From an uncultured Eudoraea sp. (GTDB lineage Bacteria; Bacteroidota; Bacteroidia; Flavobacteriales; Flavobacteriaceae): a stretch of 48,239 nt of DNA. The notes under the pieces are model-generated. The model saw only the letters and a list, made by a program, of their open reading frames with translations, made no database searches and was not told where the DNA came from. The translations under genes were made by a program, and so were the position numbers. Positions 39,639 through 48,239 of the stretch are shown one piece after another (position 1 is the first letter of the stretch; the number at the start of each line of letters is the position of its first letter). Location of the stretch: NCBI GenBank assembly GCA_965368835.1, contig CBDUON010000001.1, positions 1-48,239 of the forward strand, given 5' to 3'.

Positions 39639-40367
39639 ATGAATATAATAGCCATGATCCCCGCCAGATATGCTGCTTCCCGATTCCCGGGTAAATTGAT
39701 GCAGGACCTGGCAGGAAAACCGGTCATTCTAAGAACATATGAAGCGGCAATGGCCACCAAACTTTTTGATGCGGTATATGTGGTTACAGACAGCGCCCTA
39801 ATTTATGATACTATTGTTGCAAATGGTGGAAAGGCCATAATGAGTCTGGAGGAACATGAGTGTGGTAGTGATAGGATTGCCGAAGCAGTGGCCAATATGG
39901 ATATAGATATTGTGGTCAATGTTCAGGGGGACGAACCCTTTACAGATAAAGAAAGTTTGGCCAGCCTTATTCAGGTATTTAAAAAGGATAGCTCAAAGGA
40001 AATAGATCTGGCTTCCCTGATGACCAAAATAACTGAAACAGAGGACATTCAGAGTCCCAATACGGTAAAAGTGATCGTAGATCAACAGAATTTTGCACTT
40101 TACTTTTCAAGATCTGTGATCCCGTTTCAAAGGGCAACTGAAATAACGCCTACCTATTATAAACACAAAGGAGTATATGCATTTAGGAAGCAAGCGGTAT
40201 TAGATTTCAAACGTCTGCCAATGCTCCCATTAGAGGCCACGGAGAAAATTGAAGCCATAAGATATCTGGAATACGGCAAGAAAATTAAAATGGTAGAGAC
40301 AACGGTTACCGGTATTGAGATAGATACCCCGGAAGACCTTGAAAAAGCGAAGGCAGCATGGAAGTAG
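39639..40367 (+). CDS. kdsB: CMP-Kdo synthetase
   Basis: [32 protein letters not shown]. Confidence 0.95.
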   Translation: MNIIAMIPARYAASRFPGKLMQDLAGKPVILRTYEAAMATKLFDAVYVVTDSALIYDTIVANGGKAIMSLEEHECGSDRIAEAVANMDIDIVVNVQGDEPFTDKESLASLIQVFKKDSSKEIDLASLMTKITETEDIQSPNTVKVIVDQQNFALYFSRSVIPFQRATEITPTYYKHKGVYAFRKQAVLDFKRLPMLPLEATEKIEAIRYLEYGKKIKMVETTVTGIEIDTPEDLEKAKAAWK

Positions 40368-41056
40368 ATTTCAGCAACATAAAGGTCATTGGTTTTGATG
40401 CGGATGATACCTTATGGGTAAATGAAACCTATTTTAGGGAAGCAGAAGAACAATTTGCTTCACTACTGGAGAAGTATGAGACCAAAAATAAGATCGATCA
40501 GGAGTTGTTTAAGACAGAAATTGAGAATCTGGATCTATATGGGTATGGGATCAAAAGTTTTACCTTATCAATGATAGAATCTGCTATGGATATTTCAAAT
40601 AATCAGGTTTCGCAAACAACCTTACTGAAGATTCTGAATCTTGGTAAAAAGATGATAGCTCATCCTGTGGAGTTATTGGACAATGTAGAAGAAGTATTGA
40701 AGAGTTTATCGGATAAATATCGATTAATTGTACTAACAAAAGGTGATCTGCTGGACCAGGAAAGGAAATTAGATCGCTCCGGCTTGTCCACGTATTTTCA
40801 TCATGTGGAAGTGCTTAGTGATAAAAAGGAATTGAATTATGCTAATTTGCTGGAACATTTGGAAATTGATGTTTCAGAATTTCTTATGGTTGGAAATTCT
40901 TTAAAATCGGACGTGTTACCCATCCTATCCATTGGTGCACAAGCAGTGCACATACCTTTTCATACCACCTGGGCACATGAAGAAGTGTCGGTAGATGAAC
41001 ATATGAATAATCACCTAACCTTGTCTGGGATCAAGGAACTTTTAAAATATCTGTAA
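40358..41056 (+). CDS. HAD-superfamily hydrolase
   Basis: [20 protein letters not shown]. Confidence 0.9.
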   Translation: MEVDFSNIKVIGFDADDTLWVNETYFREAEEQFASLLEKYETKNKIDQELFKTEIENLDLYGYGIKSFTLSMIESAMDISNNQVSQTTLLKILNLGKKMIAHPVELLDNVEEVLKSLSDKYRLIVLTKGDLLDQERKLDRSGLSTYFHHVEVLSDKKELNYANLLEHLEIDVSEFLMVGNSLKSDVLPILSIGAQAVHIPFHTTWAHEEVSVDEHMNNHLTLSGIKELLKYL

Positions 41057-41063
41057 GACCTTT

Positions 41064-42191
41064 ATGGAAGAGAATAAAGATTTGATTTTGAAAAAACCGA
41101 AGGAAAAAGCCAAAACCTCCTTTAAGAACTTTCCTATGGTACCAAGGGTAGTTTTTGGAAATGGTTGTTTTGATCAATTGGGTGATATTTTATTGACAAA
41201 ACGAAAGAACTCCGAAGCTCCAATAATTTATTTGGTAGATGATGTCTTTGAAAATACTGCTTTGGTTTCCAGAATTCCATTGCTTTTTAATGATAAGATT
41301 GTTTTTATATCTGCAGATGAAGAACCTAAGACGCAGCAAGTAGATTCATTGGTGTCTATGATTAAAGCTGAATACCGCGAATTACCTTCGGGCATTGTTG
41401 GGATAGGAGGGGGCACCCTTCTGGATCTTTCAAAGGCAGTGGCAATCATGCTCAATAATGTTGGTTCTGCCTGCAAATATCAAGGTTGGGACCTGGTGTC
41501 TAAACCTGCCATTTATCACGTAGGTATTCCCACTATCAGCGGGACAGGGGCAGAGGTTTCCAGAACTACAGTATTATTAGGACCAAATCGAAAATTGGGA
41601 ATTAATTCGGATTACACCACCTTTGATCAGGTATTGTTAGATCCCGATCTTACTATTGGGGTAGACAAACAGCAATGGTTCTATACAGGAATGGACTGCT
41701 ATATACATTGTATAGAGTCATTAAATGGAACCTATTTAAACGCTTTTAGCCAAAGTTACGGTGAGAAAGCATTAGAATTATGCAAAGAGGTTTTTCTGGA
41801 TTCACTTTCCCCCTCGGAGTCACGAGATAAACTTATGATGGCCTCATGGCACGGTGGTATGAGTATAGCTTATTCACAGGTAGGGGTGGCACATGCATTA
41901 AGTTATGGCTTGTCTTATGTATTAGGCACAAAACACGGAATAGGAAATTGTCTTGTTTTTCAGCATCTTGAAGAGTATTATCCGGAAGGAGTAGCTCTAT
42001 TCCACAAAATGATGAACCATCACCAAATTACTTTGCCTACAGGTATTTGCAGTGATCTTTCAGAAGAAGAAATGAATACGATGATCTCAGTTTCCATGAG
42101 TATGGAACCCCTATGGGAAAATGCGCTGGGACCAGCTTGGAAAACAATAATAAGCTGCGATAAATTAAGAGAGATATATCGTAAAATTTAA
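41064..42191 (+). CDS. kdnB: Kdo 8-oxidase (KdnB-like, iron-containing alcohol dehydrogenase family)
   Basis: YQGWDL, PTISGTGAEVSRT, KLGINSDYT, WFYTGMDCYIHC, GGMSIAYSQVG, HGIGNC closely follow my recollection of Shewanella KdnB; adjacent to kdsB. Confidence 0.8.
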   Translation: MEENKDLILKKPKEKAKTSFKNFPMVPRVVFGNGCFDQLGDILLTKRKNSEAPIIYLVDDVFENTALVSRIPLLFNDKIVFISADEEPKTQQVDSLVSMIKAEYRELPSGIVGIGGGTLLDLSKAVAIMLNNVGSACKYQGWDLVSKPAIYHVGIPTISGTGAEVSRTTVLLGPNRKLGINSDYTTFDQVLLDPDLTIGVDKQQWFYTGMDCYIHCIESLNGTYLNAFSQSYGEKALELCKEVFLDSLSPSESRDKLMMASWHGGMSIAYSQVGVAHALSYGLSYVLGTKHGIGNCLVFQHLEEYYPEGVALFHKMMNHHQITLPTGICSDLSEEEMNTMISVSMSMEPLWENALGPAWKTIISCDKLREIYRKI

Positions 42192-42292
42192 TTTTTTTAG
42201 TAGGGACGCATTGTTTTTTTATACGTACTTGCAGCACCCCTTATATCTTATCTACACCTCATGTCAATTAATACGTAGAATAAAAAGCTTGT

Positions 42293-42829
42293 ATGCGTGT
42301 ACTAAGTAAATTCATTTTTTTTAAGCTAATGGGATGGGAGCTCATGGGGCCGTTTCCGGATGTAAAAAAGTGTGTAGTCATCGTTGCACCTCATACCAGT
42401 TGGGTAGATTTTTTCTTAGGTCTACTAGTACGAAGCATCCTAAAGGAAGAAATTAATTTTATTGGCAAAAAGAGCTTGTTTAATCCACCTTTTGGTTGGT
42501 ACTTCCGTTGGATGGGAGGTACACCCATAGACCGCAGTAAAAATAGTGACACAGTTGTAAGCACTGCCAAGATCTTTACACAGCGACAGGTTTTCAGGTT
42601 GGCCCTTTCCCCTGAAGGAACCAGAAAAAAAGTGACTGCATGGAAAACAGGGTTTTACTATATTGCCAAAGAGGCCAAGGTGCCAATTGTTATGGTGGCC
42701 TTCGACTATGGGAAAAAACAGGTAAAAATATCCGACCCTGTTGTTACTACTGATAATAAGGAATCAGATTTTAAGCGGTATAAAGAATTCTTTAGTGGAG
42801 TAGTAGGGAAGATCCCTGAATATACCTAG
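42293..42829 (+). CDS. PlsC-family acyltransferase
   Basis: PHTSWVD (HX4D), PEGTR motifs. Confidence 0.9.
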   Translation: MRVLSKFIFFKLMGWELMGPFPDVKKCVVIVAPHTSWVDFFLGLLVRSILKEEINFIGKKSLFNPPFGWYFRWMGGTPIDRSKNSDTVVSTAKIFTQRQVFRLALSPEGTRKKVTAWKTGFYYIAKEAKVPIVMVAFDYGKKQVKISDPVVTTDNKESDFKRYKEFFSGVVGKIPEYT

Positions 42830-42993
42830 ATCCTTACAAAATCAAAACTTACCCCTGCAGAATCTGTGGAGCCGTCATTGTCAAAATCATATTCTCCTGT
42901 TTCTTGACCTCCAAAAATTTCTAAAGTGTTACCTGTAAGAGTAGCTCCGTAAGAATCCCAATCGCCCGGATAATTTGCCTATTCAATGGAGAA
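42826..42993 (-). pseudogene. Degenerate duplicate of the C-terminus of the adjacent lipoprotein
   Basis: Reads FSIE*ANYPGDWDSYGATLTGNTLEIFGGQETGEYDFDNDGSTDSAGVSFDFVRI*, collinear with FAIVWDDEPGDWDTYG...GEYDFNNDGDAEPCTVHFDFVRI* of 43022-43507. Confidence 0.8.
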
Positions 42994-43021
42994 GTCTGAT
43001 AAATCCGGTAATCCACCTACT

Positions 43022-43507
43022 TTATATTCTGACAAAGTCAAAATGAACTGTACACGGTTCGGCATCTCCATCGTTATTAAAATCGTATTCACCAGAATCC
43101 GTACCTCCGTTAATGGTAAAATTGGTGCCGTCCCAGGTATGACCATATGTGTCCCAGTCTCCGGGTTCATCGTCCCAAACAATGGCAAAGAAGTAACTTC
43201 CCTCCCATTTTTCCCAAAACATTTCTCCACTTATCGTATAAGCTGCCCGGTCTACTGGATCAAGGGTTAAGGTAAAACGGCCATTAGATTGTACGCTCAT
43301 ACCAGCCGTGCCACCGTCTTCAACAATGTCTACCGATGTGGCATTCACACTAAATTGTGCTTGAGTTGCTTCCCAGGTTCCAGCTAATTCACTGATGTTA
43401 AAATCGCCATCCTTGGTAAGTTCACTTGCCGGATCTTTGCTGCAAGACAATGCAACAGCCAAAACCAGCATAATGTTAAATAGTAATGCTTTTATTGAAG
43501 TTCTCAT
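43022..43507 (-). CDS. Lipocalin-like lipoprotein
   Basis: Lipobox ALSC-SKD, LAGTW motif, beta-rich, ends FDFVRI. Confidence 0.78.
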   Translation of the reverse strand: MRTSIKALLFNIMLVLAVALSCSKDPASELTKDGDFNISELAGTWEATQAQFSVNATSVDIVEDGGTAGMSVQSNGRFTLTLDPVDRAAYTISGEMFWEKWEGSYFFAIVWDDEPGDWDTYGHTWDGTNFTINGGTDSGEYDFNNDGDAEPCTVHFDFVRI

Positions 43508-43707
43508 GATTTCTAAGACTTAGAAGTTCACGTATGAACTGATTAAAAATTTCCGTTAATTAAAGGTAGTGCCGCACCAAAGTTTGTGCAATGATATTAG
43601 TCATGAAAGGGAAGAAAAATCTGAAAAAGTATAAGAAATCAACTGGTTTGCACGCTTATGGAGTTTTTATAAGCTAGCTACTACCAGATAAACTAAGGCG
43701 TAAGAGT

Positions 43708-44418
43708 TTATTCCTTCATGGTATGATATACGTTTTGTACATCATCATCCTCTTCGATCTTTTCGAGCAATTTTTCTACATCTTCGGCTTCTTCTGCACT
43801 TAACTCCTTAGTGACCTGCGGAATGCGCTCAAACCCGGATGATAAGATCTCAATTTCTCTTGCTTCCAATTCTTTTTGAATGGCCCCAAAACTTTCAAAA
43901 GGCGCATAGATCATGATTCCATCCTCGTCCTCGAAGACCTCTTCAGCACCAAAATCAATAAAGTCTAATTCTAATTCTTCGGGATCTATGCCTTCGTTCG
44001 GAATTCGAAAATTACACGTATGATCGAACATAAATTCTACGGAGCCGGAAGTGCCCAGGCTCCCATTGCACTTATTAAAGTAACTCCTAATGTTCGCTAC
44101 GGTACGTGTATTGTTGTCAGTAGCTGTTTCTATAAGGATGGCAATTCCATGAGGTGCATATCCTTCAAACAACACTTCTTTATAATCACCCAGGGATTTG
44201 TCTGAAGCTCTTTTAATGGCCCGCTCAACATTGTCCTTGGGCATATTCACAGATTTGGCATTCTGTATGACTGCTCGTAGACGAGAATTAGCATCAGGAT
44301 CGGGGCCTCCTTCCTTAACTGCCATTACAATATCCTTACCGATTCTTGTAAAGGCCTTGGACATGGCAGACCAACGCTTCATTTTTCGCGCTTTCCGAAA
44401 TTCAAATGCTCTTCCCAT
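43708..44418 (-). CDS. YebC/PmpR-family protein
   Basis: MGRAFEFRK, NMPKDNVERAI, EGYAPHG, TDNNTRT, DDDVQNVYH. Confidence 0.95.
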   Translation of the reverse strand: MGRAFEFRKARKMKRWSAMSKAFTRIGKDIVMAVKEGGPDPDANSRLRAVIQNAKSVNMPKDNVERAIKRASDKSLGDYKEVLFEGYAPHGIAILIETATDNNTRTVANIRSYFNKCNGSLGTSGSVEFMFDHTCNFRIPNEGIDPEELELDFIDFGAEEVFEDEDGIMIYAPFESFGAIQKELEAREIEILSSGFERIPQVTKELSAEEAEDVEKLLEKIEEDDDVQNVYHTMKE

Positions 44419-44444
44419 ATGCTATCTTAGGTAGTAAATTCAGG

Positions 44445-44452
44445 CAAATTTA
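44445..44452 (-). promoter_or_regulatory. -7 promoter element of the yebC gene
   Basis: Minus strand TAAATTTG. Confidence 0.55.
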
Positions 44453-44497
44453 GCAAATTTTGAAAGCCGCACAAGGCGGTATAAATCAAATCTGCTG

Positions 44498-44785
44498 TTA
44501 CTCACTTTCAATGATCTTTTCTATGCTGTTGGCCAGAGTAAAGTCTTTCTCAGTTACTCCATTGGCATCATGGGTGCTTAAGCGGATATGCAGGGAATTA
44601 TAAACATTACTCCATTCCGGATGATGGTTTTGAGCTTCACATTCAAAGGCAATGCGGGTCATTACCGTGAAAGCCTCCTTGAAATTTTTAAACTCAAATG
44701 AGGTTTCTATTCCGTCATTAACGAATTCCCATCCTTCGAGGGATGACATTTTATCCTCGATCTGTTTATCTGTGAGCTTTTCCAT
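44498..44785 (-). CDS. phhB: Pterin-4a-carbinolamine dehydratase
   Basis: FKNF, HHPEWSNVYN, LSTHD, TEKD. Confidence 0.92.
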   Translation of the reverse strand: MEKLTDKQIEDKMSSLEGWEFVNDGIETSFEFKNFKEAFTVMTRIAFECEAQNHHPEWSNVYNSLHIRLSTHDANGVTEKDFTLANSIEKIIESE

Positions 44786-44917
44786 GGCGATTATGTTTTT
44801 ATAATAGGTTTCTAATTGAGTTGATTGTGTGTTCTCCCAAGTATTTGGGACACTAATTTCATTAGAGATAAAGATACAATGAAAAATGGTGATGGTGGTA
44901 GCCCGAAATAAGAGGAA

Positions 44918-45745
44918 CTATCCCATGACATGATGATCAATTACATCCTGATAACTCAATTGTAAATTCTTGGGAAGGAGATGATCTTTTGGTAAAACTG
45001 CTAAAAATCGTTCTTCATTGGTGGTAAATACCCTTTTATAAATAGGATTAAAACTCCCAACTCTATCTACAACCTCTCTAATAAAGTCTTCGTGATGTAC
45101 CAGGTCAGTGCTCCCCAGATGATAAATGCCAAATTTGTTTCTGTTGATAAGGTAATGTACCTGCTGAGTTAGTTTATCATCATTGGTAACATTGATAATA
45201 AGATTTGGAAAGACCTCAATGGCCTCATTATTCCAAATTGCCTGTTTCATTTCTTTGATCCGTGGGGAAGTATTCCCAAAGACCATGGGGACCCTTAAAA
45301 TCGCCGCTTTCTTTTTTGGTAAGCGAAGCAGCATATTCTCAATTTTGATTTTTAATCGGCCATATATACTCTCTGAAAGAGTTTTTTCGTATTCGTAGGA
45401 TGGATACTTACTATACGCATCAAAAACATTGGCAGAGGAAAAGAAGAAGATCTTACAATTGTGTTTGGCTACGTATTCGGTTATGTGTTGATGCGCCTGA
45501 ATTTGCGCTCCAAAATCGCCTCGTAAGGCCGATATGATGATGTTGGGACGAATGTCTTCCAGCAGCTGGAAAATATCATCCTCCTGCATATCGTATTGAA
45601 AAAATTGCTGATTGGAAGTATACCCGTTTCTGGACGAAAAATATGTGCCATAGGTGTCGTAATAGTTACACAATTCTTTGTAAAGCGCGTTCCCAATGAA
45701 TCCACTGGCTCCTAAAATGAGTATTTTTTTTCCTTCTTCTTGCAC
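44918..45745 (-). CDS. RmlD-like NAD(P)-dependent sugar-nucleotide reductase family protein
   Basis: GASGFIG, SSANVFD, YGRLK (YxxxK). Confidence 0.8.
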   Translation of the reverse strand: MQEEGKKILILGASGFIGNALYKELCNYYDTYGTYFSSRNGYTSNQQFFQYDMQEDDIFQLLEDIRPNIIISALRGDFGAQIQAHQHITEYVAKHNCKIFFFSSANVFDAYSKYPSYEYEKTLSESIYGRLKIKIENMLLRLPKKKAAILRVPMVFGNTSPRIKEMKQAIWNNEAIEVFPNLIINVTNDDKLTQQVHYLINRNKFGIYHLGSTDLVHHEDFIREVVDRVGSFNPIYKRVFTTNEERFLAVLPKDHLLPKNLQLSYQDVIDHHVMG

Positions 45746-45771
45746 CGTTCCTCCAGTATTCTATGACATTC

Positions 45772-46857
45772 TTAACCTTTATAAAAAGGTAGTTTTACCA
45801 CAGTGGCAGGAATGGCATTTTTTCTTATTTGAATATTGATCTTACTGCCAATTTCAGTAAATATATTGGGTACATACCCTAAACCAATACCCTTACCCAA
45901 GGAAGGTGACATAGTTCCCGAAGTAACTTTTCCAATCGTTTTGCCTTGCCCGTCAACAATATCGTACCCTTGCCGAGGAATACCGCGGTCATCCAATTCA
46001 AAAGCCACGAGTTTTTGTTTTGGTCCGTGTTCTTTTTCCTTGGCCAGGGCTTCACTATTCACAAAATCCTTCGTGAATTTAGTAATCCATCCCAGACCCG
46101 CTTCAAATGGCGAGGTTTCATCGGTAATATCATTGCCATATAAACAATATCCCATTTCTAATCTTAATGTATCTCTTGCTGCTAAGCCTATAGGTTTTAT
46201 CCCATACTTGGCACCAGCCTCAAAAACCTTGTCCCAAACTTGTTTTACCTCAGTGTTCTTGCAATAAATTTCAAAGCCACCAGATCCTGTATAGCCTGTG
46301 GCAGATATGATTACATGATCAATACCGGCAAAATCTGCTACTACAAAATTGTAGAATTTGATTTGTTCCAGATCTACGGAAGTGATACTCTGCATTGCCT
46401 CAACCGCTTTTGGTCCTTGTATGGCCAGAAGGGAGTACTTTTCTGAGAGATCTTTCATTTCGGCATTATACTCCTTATTGTACTTTGAGATATGATTCCA
46501 ATCTTTTTCAATATTGGAGGCGTTTACAACCAAAAGGTAAGTTTCCTCCTTAACCCTATACACAATTAAATCATCTACAATACCACCAGTCTCATTAGGT
46601 AAACAACTGTATTGCGCTTTACCAACTGTTAATTTTGAAGCATCATTAGAGCTAACTTTCTGTATCAGATCCAGAGCATTAGGTCCTTCGATCAGAAATT
46701 CCCCCATATGGGAAACATCAAAAACACCCACTCCTTTGCGTACTGTTTCGTGCTCTGCATTTACACCTTCGTAGGAAACAGGCATATTGTATCCTGCAAA
46801 GGGTACCATTTTTGCACCTAATTTTTCATGGGTCTGGGATAGCGCTGTATTTTTCAT
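45772..46857 (-). CDS. gcvT: Glycine cleavage system aminomethyltransferase T
   Basis: FAGYNMPV, FDVSHMG, TGYTG, ARDTLRLE. Confidence 0.97.
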   Translation of the reverse strand: MKNTALSQTHEKLGAKMVPFAGYNMPVSYEGVNAEHETVRKGVGVFDVSHMGEFLIEGPNALDLIQKVSSNDASKLTVGKAQYSCLPNETGGIVDDLIVYRVKEETYLLVVNASNIEKDWNHISKYNKEYNAEMKDLSEKYSLLAIQGPKAVEAMQSITSVDLEQIKFYNFVVADFAGIDHVIISATGYTGSGGFEIYCKNTEVKQVWDKVFEAGAKYGIKPIGLAARDTLRLEMGYCLYGNDITDETSPFEAGLGWITKFTKDFVNSEALAKEKEHGPKQKLVAFELDDRGIPRQGYDIVDGQGKTIGKVTSGTMSPSLGKGIGLGYVPNIFTEIGSKINIQIRKNAIPATVVKLPFYKG

Positions 46858-46956
46858 TTATTAGTAACTTTTTGCAGCGTAAAGATATTGAAAATAGTTG
46901 GTAGACCTCCTAGGAAGTGGGTGTTTTGGTTTCTCAGAAGAAAACTATTATTACCA

Positions 46957-48239
46957 CTACTTGCAAAGAAAAGCAGTGAGCTCTTCGTACTTAGAAATGG
47001 TTATTGAGACCTTCTTTCTATGCATGATCTTTTCTATCTGAGGAGGTAGTGAAAGGGAAGTGTTTAATGCAGACGATACGACGTCCATAAATTTAACGGG
47101 ATGTGCAGTTTCCAGGAATATACCATAGGTTTCAGGATGATTCTCCTGATATTTTCGGAGTCCTAAATAGCCAACTGCACCATGGGGATCCGCAATATAA
47201 CCAGCCTTGGCATATAAGGTCTTTATAGCTTCTTTTGTTTCTTTATCCGTGAAAGAGTAAGAGCTAAGATGCTCTTTTAATTGTGAAAAATTGTCATTGT
47301 AAAGGTGTTGAATTCTTATAAAGTTGCTAGGGTCGCCAACATCCATGGCATTCGAAATTGTAGCGGTAGATGGTTTTGGATCATACATGGCAGTTTGCAT
47401 AAACTTTGGAACAGTATCATTTACATTGGTAGCAGCAATAAAATGCTTAACCGGCATGCCCATTCGTTGTGCCATCATACCGGCACAAATGTTACCAAAA
47501 TTTCCACTAGGTACTGAAAACACAAGTTCTTTTCCCTTTACTTTAAGTTGTTTGTAGGCAAAAAGAAAGTACAGCATCTGCGGCAACCAACGCGCTACGT
47601 TTATTGAGTTGGCCGAGGTAAGTTGCACTTTTCCTTGAAGGCTGAGATCTACAAAAGCTCTTTTCACCATTCGTTGGCAATCATCGAAGGTGCCATTTAC
47701 CTTCAGTGCCGTAATATTCTGTCCTAATGTGGTTAATTGGCGTTCCTGTATATCACTCACTTTGCCGCTGGGATACAGAATGACCACTTCCACACCCGCA
47801 ACGCCCAGAAATCCATTTGCAACTGCACCTCCGGTGTCCCCGGATGTGGCTACCAGAACGGTAACTTTCTCCTCAGAATCCTTAAAGAAGTATCCCAGAC
47901 TTCTGGCCATAAATCTGGCGCCCACATCTTTAAAGGCCATAGTGGGCCCATGAAAAAGTTCCAGAGTTGAAACGTTTTCATTGATGGGTACAAGAGGAAA
48001 ATCAAAATCGAGTACTTCCTCAAGTATTTCTCTAAGTATTGCCTCAGGAATATCTTCCTTAACAAATGGCATTAAGGCCCTGCATGCGATCTCAAGATTG
48101 GAAAAATTCTGTATGTCATCGAAAAATGAGGCAGGTAGTTGTGGTATTTCCTCAGGGAAATACAAGCCGCCATCTGGCGCTATACCTTTTATTACAGCCT
48201 CTTTAAAAGAAACTTTCGGCGCATTTTTATGAAGGCTGT
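46957..48239 (-). CDS. thrC: Threonine synthase (5' end truncated by the window edge)
   Basis: LELFHGPTMAFKDVG PLP-Lys, ATSGDTG, SANSIN, PSGNFGN, TAHP. The frame stays open to the window end (SLHKNAPKVSFKEAVIKGIAPDGGLYFP). Confidence 0.96.
   Translation of the reverse strand, partial: SLHKNAPKVSFKEAVIKGIAPDGGLYFPEEIPQLPASFFDDIQNFSNLEIACRALMPFVKEDIPEAILREILEEVLDFDFPLVPINENVSTLELFHGPTMAFKDVGARFMARSLGYFFKDSEEKVTVLVATSGDTGGAVANGFLGVAGVEVVILYPSGKVSDIQERQLTTLGQNITALKVNGTFDDCQRMVKRAFVDLSLQGKVQLTSANSINVARWLPQMLYFLFAYKQLKVKGKELVFSVPSGNFGNICAGMMAQRMGMPVKHFIAATNVNDTVPKFMQTAMYDPKPSTATISNAMDVGDPSNFIRIQHLYNDNFSQLKEHLSSYSFTDKETKEAIKTLYAKAGYIADPHGAVGYLGLRKYQENHPETYGIFLETAHPVKFMDVVSSALNTSLSLPPQIEKIMHRKKVSITISKYEELTAFLCK

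Noticed and set aside
42979-43230. 83-aa minus-strand ORF in frame with the orphan C-terminal fragment (possible frameshift or readthrough fusion)
   Set aside because: Mostly an alternate frame of the lipoprotein gene. A fusion would need both a frameshift and TAG readthrough, and no supporting signals were seen.
361-48232. Numerous short antisense or alternate-frame ORFs in the ORF track (e.g. 20390-21055, 39148-39609, 45836-46267)
   Set aside because: They lie within well-supported genes and show no recognisable motifs, so they are shadow ORFs.
1-48239. tRNA, rRNA, CRISPR arrays, IS elements or prophage genes
   Set aside because: None were recognised in the intergenic regions or ORFs.

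Overview
AT-rich Bacteroidota (Flavobacteriaceae-type) chromosomal window. The assignment rests on TAnnTTTG -7 promoters, a T9SS C-terminal domain and typical gene order. It is mostly housekeeping: lpdA, msrB, a glgE-maltokinase-glgB-GH31 alpha-glucan cluster, an ECF sigma module, lon, cmk, rpsA, pyrR-pyrB, rnz, pdxH, sixA-ppk1, miaE, dnaX, RNase P RNA (rnpB), rsmD, a RecD-like helicase, kdsB-HAD-kdnB, yebC, phhB, gcvT and a partial thrC. The standout is the first 3.3 kb, a tightly packed operon. It encodes a T9SS-secreted protein (3' end only, missed by the ORF track), a membrane-anchored periplasmic-TPR class III cyclase with ATP-specificity residues, a stand-alone Pycsar-type transmembrane effector (PycTM/DUF5706-like) and an HD phosphohydrolase. 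This is a candidate receptor-triggered cyclic-nucleotide writer/effector/eraser system distinct from canonical Pycsar. Other notable items are an A10 slippery site in dnaX that would yield a gamma subunit, an unannotated degenerate duplicate of a lipoprotein C-terminus, Kdo8N-pathway kdnB, sigma54-type promoters at lon and a collagen-like lipoprotein gene, and a structured rpsA leader. No tRNA, rRNA, CRISPR array or transposase was seen. All family assignments come from motif recognition by eye, not database searches.
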